Below are positions 59,396-64,000 of a stretch of DNA of 64,000 bases, piece by piece. The DNA is from an uncultured Clostridia bacterium. GTDB lineage: Bacteria > Bacillota > Clostridia > Christensenellales > UBA1242. The translations under genes and the position numbers were made by a program. The stretch lies in the NCBI GenBank assembly GCA_944383375.1, contig CALWPG010000001.1, positions 46,827-110,826 of the forward strand, given 5' to 3'. The notes below the pieces were generated by a model that made no database searches, had not been told where the DNA came from, and worked only from the letters and a program-made list of their open reading frames with translations. Each line of letters opens with the position of its first letter. Positions within the stretch are counted from its first letter, which is position 1.

Positions 59396-61159
59396 CTAAT
59401 CCTCCAAATTTTTATTCTTTAGTTTTTTTTGAATTTCATTTATTTTCTTTAGTATTTCCAATCTTTGAGTATTATCTGCCTGTGTGTCAATTTGTTTTGT
59501 ATATTGTTTAATTTTATCTTTTAAATATTCTTCCCTTATCTTCCATATACATTCTTCGTAATACTGACTTGGATTTTGAATTTCTTCAAAATTGTAGTCT
59601 ATAAGTTCCTTTATGGCAACGTCATTTTCTACATCAAAGTTATCGAAAAGGTTGCTTATTAAAAATGCTTTATTGCTTTGATGGTATGACAACAGGATGT
59701 CATAAAGTTTAATATACGATGGATTTTTTAGATATTTTCGAAGATCAAAATTAAAATTTGCATATTCCTTTTTAAAACACAAACTTGCAAGTACAAATTT
59801 AACTGCTTTAAGTTGTGCATCCTCAAAATATTCAATATGTGATTTTTCCTCCACACTATCCTGTTTCACAGAGGAAACCAAATCACGTTTTAGAATTTCA
59901 ATTGGAATATTTGTCAAGTTTTTAATCACATCAAGGTATAACTGTTTTTCGCTGTTGGTATTAAGTTCATTGACAATATTTATTGCAGTGCTTACAAATT
60001 TTGCCTTCTGATCAATTTTATTCAAGTCATATTGTTCCAATTTATGATAGATTTTAAACACGACATGATCCATTGCATTGTCTAGAAGTTTTTGGTAAGC
60101 TTCCTTGCCATTAGCTTTTATGTATTCATCTGGATCCATTTTATCAGGAATTTTGATTGCCTTGACATTTAGTCCGCCTTCAACCAAAGTGTCGATCGTC
60201 TTAACTGTTGCATTTTGACCCGCACTGTCACCATCTAAGGACACTATCACATTTTCACAAAGGTATTTAAGTTGTTTTGCATGATATGGCGTAAGAGCTG
60301 TTCCCAAACACGCAACACAATTTTTATAACCTGCTTGATGAAGTGCAACTACATCCATTTGTCCTTCAACTATGATTATGTAATCTAGATTATGTTGTTG
60401 TTTTAGTTTTTTCAAAAAGTTTATACCAAACATTGTCTTGCTTTTGTCAAACACCAAATTATTTGATGAGTTTTTGTATTTTGCATAGTCTGTTGGCACA
60501 ATACTCCTTGCGCTGAATCCAACGCATTCATCCATGATATTGTATATAGGAAATATGAGTCTTTCACCAAAGGCATCAAAGTATTTGTCTTTATATTCAA
60601 CCACACCGCTCGCGAGCATATCTTCGTAAGAAAAGCCTTTGGTTTTCAAAAATGTTACAATATCGGTCCAATTCTTGCTGTAACCAATATGAAACTCGTT
60701 TAATGAAGTACGTGTGAATTTGCGCGATTTTACGTACTCTTGAGCTTTTTTAGCCGAAGGGTCATAAAGATTAGCTTCATAGTGCCTTGCACTTTCTGCC
60801 AAAATATTCATGATAACTTCTTTTTGTTTTTTGCGCTTTTGCAAGTTTTGATCACCTTTAAAGGCTGGGATCTCCATGTTGGCATTTTTTGCCAAGATTT
60901 CAATTGCCGTCATAAAATCACAACTTTCAATCTTTTCAATAAAAGTAATTACGTCCCCATGCTCTTTACAACCAAAACAATGATAGTACTGCTCCAAAGG
61001 GTTTATGCTCATTGAAGGCGTTCGTTCGTTATGGAAAGGACAGCATGTCCAAAAATTTTTACCTTTTTGTGTCAACGTCAAATAGCGCGACATTACTGTC
61101 ACGATATCATTTTTTGATTTAAGTTGTTCTATCCAGGTTTCGTCAAAGCCTCTATTCAA
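59396..61159 (-). CDS. dnaG: DNA primase
   Basis: CPFH..CFGC zinc finger, KYKNS, VEGQMDV and DGDSAG. Confidence 0.97.
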   Translation of the reverse strand: MNRGFDETWIEQLKSKNDIVTVMSRYLTLTQKGKNFWTCCPFHNERTPSMSINPLEQYYHCFGCKEHGDVITFIEKIESCDFMTAIEILAKNANMEIPAFKGDQNLQKRKKQKEVIMNILAESARHYEANLYDPSAKKAQEYVKSRKFTRTSLNEFHIGYSKNWTDIVTFLKTKGFSYEDMLASGVVEYKDKYFDAFGERLIFPIYNIMDECVGFSARSIVPTDYAKYKNSSNNLVFDKSKTMFGINFLKKLKQQHNLDYIIIVEGQMDVVALHQAGYKNCVACLGTALTPYHAKQLKYLCENVIVSLDGDSAGQNATVKTIDTLVEGGLNVKAIKIPDKMDPDEYIKANGKEAYQKLLDNAMDHVVFKIYHKLEQYDLNKIDQKAKFVSTAINIVNELNTNSEKQLYLDVIKNLTNIPIEILKRDLVSSVKQDSVEEKSHIEYFEDAQLKAVKFVLASLCFKKEYANFNFDLRKYLKNPSYIKLYDILLSYHQSNKAFLISNLFDNFDVENDVAIKELIDYNFEEIQNPSQYYEECIWKIREEYLKDKIKQYTKQIDTQADNTQRLEILKKINEIQKKLKNKNLED

Positions 61160-61261
61160 AAAAAATACCTCTTACGCATCACAAAATTACAATTACATTA
61201 TTCGACACATAAAAGATATTTCCTTTATTTTTTTGTTTTTTGTGTTATTTTTTTATTACTT

Positions 61262-63160
61262 TTATTCAGTTATTAAAATAACTGTGGAATTCTGATCAAT
61301 TTGCGTTCCGGCTGGAGGTAATTGCCTTAGCACGCTTCCTCCATTTCCGTCAATTTCATAACTTAGTTTCAATGAGTTCAATGTCAATACGGCATCTGTC
61401 AAACTTTTACCAACAAGGTCAGGCATGGTCACATAATTAACCTCTACATCGGCCACGGGTTTGTCGCCTAAATAAGATATGATTTGACTTAAAATTTCTT
61501 TACCATATGGAGATGCAACAACACTGCCATAATATGCTCCTGCACCCGGTTCGTCAACAAGTATAAGCATAACATATTTTGGATTTGAAGCTGGATAAGT
61601 TCCTATGAAACTGGAAATATACTTGCCCTGCGCAATGGCACCATTTTCATATTTTTGAGCTGTTCCCGTCTTACCTCCAACATCATAGCCCGGAACAAAA
61701 CTGAATTCCTCCTGCTTGTTTACAACCTTTTTAAGCATATCATTTAATACATTTGATGTGTTTTGAGAAATGGTTGTGTTTTTGATTACTGCTTCATTGG
61801 TGTATTTTTTTATACCGTCAACTGATGTTATATTTTTGATAATGCTAGGAGTATAAAGATATCCTCCATTTACTGCACTACAGACTGCAGTGACTAGTTG
61901 AAGTGGTGTGACTGCAACTGCTTGCCCAAAACCTATACGTGCAAGATCCACATTTTTGACATTTGCTTGGTTCATAAGTATTCCACTGCTTTCTGAGGCT
62001 ATTTGTATTCCAGTTGTACTGCCAAGGCCAAATTTTTTTAAATAATCATAAAAAACGTCAGTTCCCATTCTTTGACTTAAAGCCATGAAGACACAGTTAC
62101 AAGAATTGACCAAACCTTGAGTGAGGTCAATTGAGCCATGTCCAATTGATTTCCAGCACCTAATTCTTTGACCATCCACTGTTGCGCTTCCTCCACAGTA
62201 GAAGTGATCACTTAATTTCGCATTACCGCTTTCTATTGCAGAAGCCATTGTAAGTATTTTAAAGGTGGATCCTGGCTCATAAACGTCTACAACTATTTTA
62301 TCACGTGTCATTTCCAAAAGATTTGCAGTGTCATCTCTTGGGATATTATTTAAGTCAAAACTAGGTTTTGTACTACTTGCAACAATTTCTCCGTTTGTTG
62401 CATCCATAATTAAGCATGAAACACTTTTGGCTTTTTGCTCAATCATCACCTTTTCAAGTACACTTTCAACTATACTTTGTATATTGACATCGATTGTGAG
62501 TGTTACATTGTCACCAGCGACACCATCTATGTAGGTACGAAGAGAGTTTTCTATCTCTTTTCCCTGAAGGTCACTTTGAACTAAAAAATATCCATCTTCA
62601 CCGCTTAGTGCATCATTAAAATATGCCTCAACACCTGCTTGACCGGTGTTGTCAACTGTTGTAAAGCCCAATATCTGAGTTAAAAGGTCACCATATGGAT
62701 AATATCTTTTTATACTCTCAGATAAAAAGACACCACTTAAATTTTCAAGTGCAATACTTTTAGCCGTTTCGCTATCCACCTGAAGTTTTACCAAAACCTC
62801 AGATACAGTTGTAATACTGGCCTTGTTGTAAACCAAGTCATAGCTCATATTCAATTTTTGTGACAAAAATTGAGCAACTTTACTTGCGTCTTTTATCTCT
62901 CTACCACGAACATAGACATCATAAGAAGTGAAAGAGACTGCCAATGTGGCCCCGTTTACATCGTAGATTTTACCTCGTTCTGCAGTTATAGGCAAGTCAC
63001 GTGTCCACTGAGACAAGGCAAGATTTTGAAGCCTTTCACTACCAAATATACAAACAAATGCCAATCTTATCACAAGTGCACCAAATAAAAAGGATATCGC
63101 TAACAAAAATGCTGATATCCTCTTTCGTAAACTATGTAATGTAAATTCCTTGTCTTGCAA
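61262..63160 (-). CDS. Class B penicillin-binding protein with PASTA (SpoVD/FtsI-like)
   Basis: RGKIYD, STFK, SCN, KTG and C-terminal PASTA; likely TTG start at 63160, downstream of GGAGG. Confidence 0.9.
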   Translation of the reverse strand: MQDKEFTLHSLRKRISAFLLAISFLFGALVIRLAFVCIFGSERLQNLALSQWTRDLPITAERGKIYDVNGATLAVSFTSYDVYVRGREIKDASKVAQFLSQKLNMSYDLVYNKASITTVSEVLVKLQVDSETAKSIALENLSGVFLSESIKRYYPYGDLLTQILGFTTVDNTGQAGVEAYFNDALSGEDGYFLVQSDLQGKEIENSLRTYIDGVAGDNVTLTIDVNIQSIVESVLEKVMIEQKAKSVSCLIMDATNGEIVASSTKPSFDLNNIPRDDTANLLEMTRDKIVVDVYEPGSTFKILTMASAIESGNAKLSDHFYCGGSATVDGQRIRCWKSIGHGSIDLTQGLVNSCNCVFMALSQRMGTDVFYDYLKKFGLGSTTGIQIASESSGILMNQANVKNVDLARIGFGQAVAVTPLQLVTAVCSAVNGGYLYTPSIIKNITSVDGIKKYTNEAVIKNTTISQNTSNVLNDMLKKVVNKQEEFSFVPGYDVGGKTGTAQKYENGAIAQGKYISSFIGTYPASNPKYVMLILVDEPGAGAYYGSVVASPYGKEILSQIISYLGDKPVADVEVNYVTMPDLVGKSLTDAVLTLNSLKLSYEIDGNGGSVLRQLPPAGTQIDQNSTVILITE

Positions 63161-63161
63161 A

Positions 63162-63941
63162 TTAGCCTCCAAACAAATGTCTTAGCCAATTACAAATACT
63201 ATCAAACCAATTACTTTCCTGCTCATACTCAGTTGGGTCATCTAGTGGCTGAGGTGTTATAGTTATCACCTCCTCAATAGGAAGTAACGAACCCTCTCCC
63301 GTCTGTGGTGGCACATCGTCGGTTGCATCGTTGAGTTTTTCTATCTTACTTAGATATTGCGCGATATTGACATTATACTCCTGCGAAGTTGCGGATTCGG
63401 TTGCAATACTTGAAGAAGTAGATGCAAGTTCAATAGAATTGCCTATTATCCAACCAACCAAAATTGCCATTAGACAACAGAACACCCCCGTAAGTAATCG
63501 AAACCTAAATTTATAACCTTTCTGATTGCTTTTATTTGTGCTTTCAATTTCTTCAATACTTACTTCATCAGCACTTGGTTCAATCATAAGGCTTGTATTA
63601 TACAAACTTTCAACACTTTCTTCCACCGCATCAGTTTGCTCAGTTTCAACGTCCTCATGAGTATGCTGTGCCTCTTCTTTCTCTTTCTCTTCTTTTTCGC
63701 GTTGATTTTCCAAGATTTGTTTTTTTAGTTTTTCAAGTTTGTCATCACTTTTTTCAGCTTTTGGTGAACTTTCTTCTATTTCAACTTTTTTTGTCAATGA
63801 ATCACTGGAAAACAAATTGATTTCTGGAAGAGTATGTACATGTTCAACTTCTTTTTGCGCATCCTGAGTTTGGATGACTTTTTCCAATGTAATGGTTTGA
63901 GTACTTTCATTGTTTTGGTTTTTAAAATCCATATTATACAT
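63162..63941 (-). CDS. Hypothetical acidic single-TM protein
   Basis: AAGGAG RBS, Glu-rich N-terminal part and one TM helix; directly upstream of the PBP gene. Confidence 0.7.
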   Translation of the reverse strand: MYNMDFKNQNNESTQTITLEKVIQTQDAQKEVEHVHTLPEINLFSSDSLTKKVEIEESSPKAEKSDDKLEKLKKQILENQREKEEKEKEEAQHTHEDVETEQTDAVEESVESLYNTSLMIEPSADEVSIEEIESTNKSNQKGYKFRFRLLTGVFCCLMAILVGWIIGNSIELASTSSSIATESATSQEYNVNIAQYLSKIEKLNDATDDVPPQTGEGSLLPIEEVITITPQPLDDPTEYEQESNWFDSICNWLRHLFGG

Positions 63942-64000
63942 ACTCCTTTTATTTCAATTTTATTACCTTATGTATATCACATCAAAAAATTTTTGGCAAT

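Noticed and set aside
1-64000. rRNA, tRNA, transposase, integrase or prophage genes
   Set aside because: None recognised by eye; a tRNAscan or Infernal run would be needed to exclude small RNAs

Overview
AT-rich core-chromosome segment of a spore-forming Clostridia-type (Bacillota) bacterium. The gene content suggests a reduced-genome lineage, possibly Christensenellales-like; this is inference. Most genes are on the minus strand: rpsB-tsf-frr-uppS-cdsA-rseP-[polC remnant]-rimP-nusA-ylxR-ylxQ-infB-rbfA-nrnA-truB-nfo; pcrA-ligA; rpoZ-priA-def-fmt-rlmN-rsgA-rpe-spoVM; mreB-minD-minE-spoIVFB; cysS-ychF; tex; spoIVA; ddl; dnaG-sigA; and a spoVD/ftsI-like PBP. rpmB, dinB and rnhA are on the plus strand. 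I recognised no rRNA, tRNA, CRISPR array, transposase or prophage. Highlights: (1) the polC slot holds an intact 524-aa gene with the PolC N-terminal domain, OB fold and a complete DEDDh exonuclease but no PHP or polymerase core, plus a QENLF clamp-binding-like motif, making it a candidate PolC-derived proofreading subunit; (2) a dispersed family of TGTC-tagged hairpin repeats with covarying stems, one cluster lying where pyrH normally sits; (3) an orphan Pycsar-effector-like membrane gene coupled to an unknown ORF, next to a DUF4132-like gene; (4) two real small genes missed by the ORF track (spoVM and a ferredoxin); (5) apparent leaderless transcripts; (6) an SOS-box-controlled truncated YafY-like HTH gene; (7) many genes absent from otherwise conserved operons.
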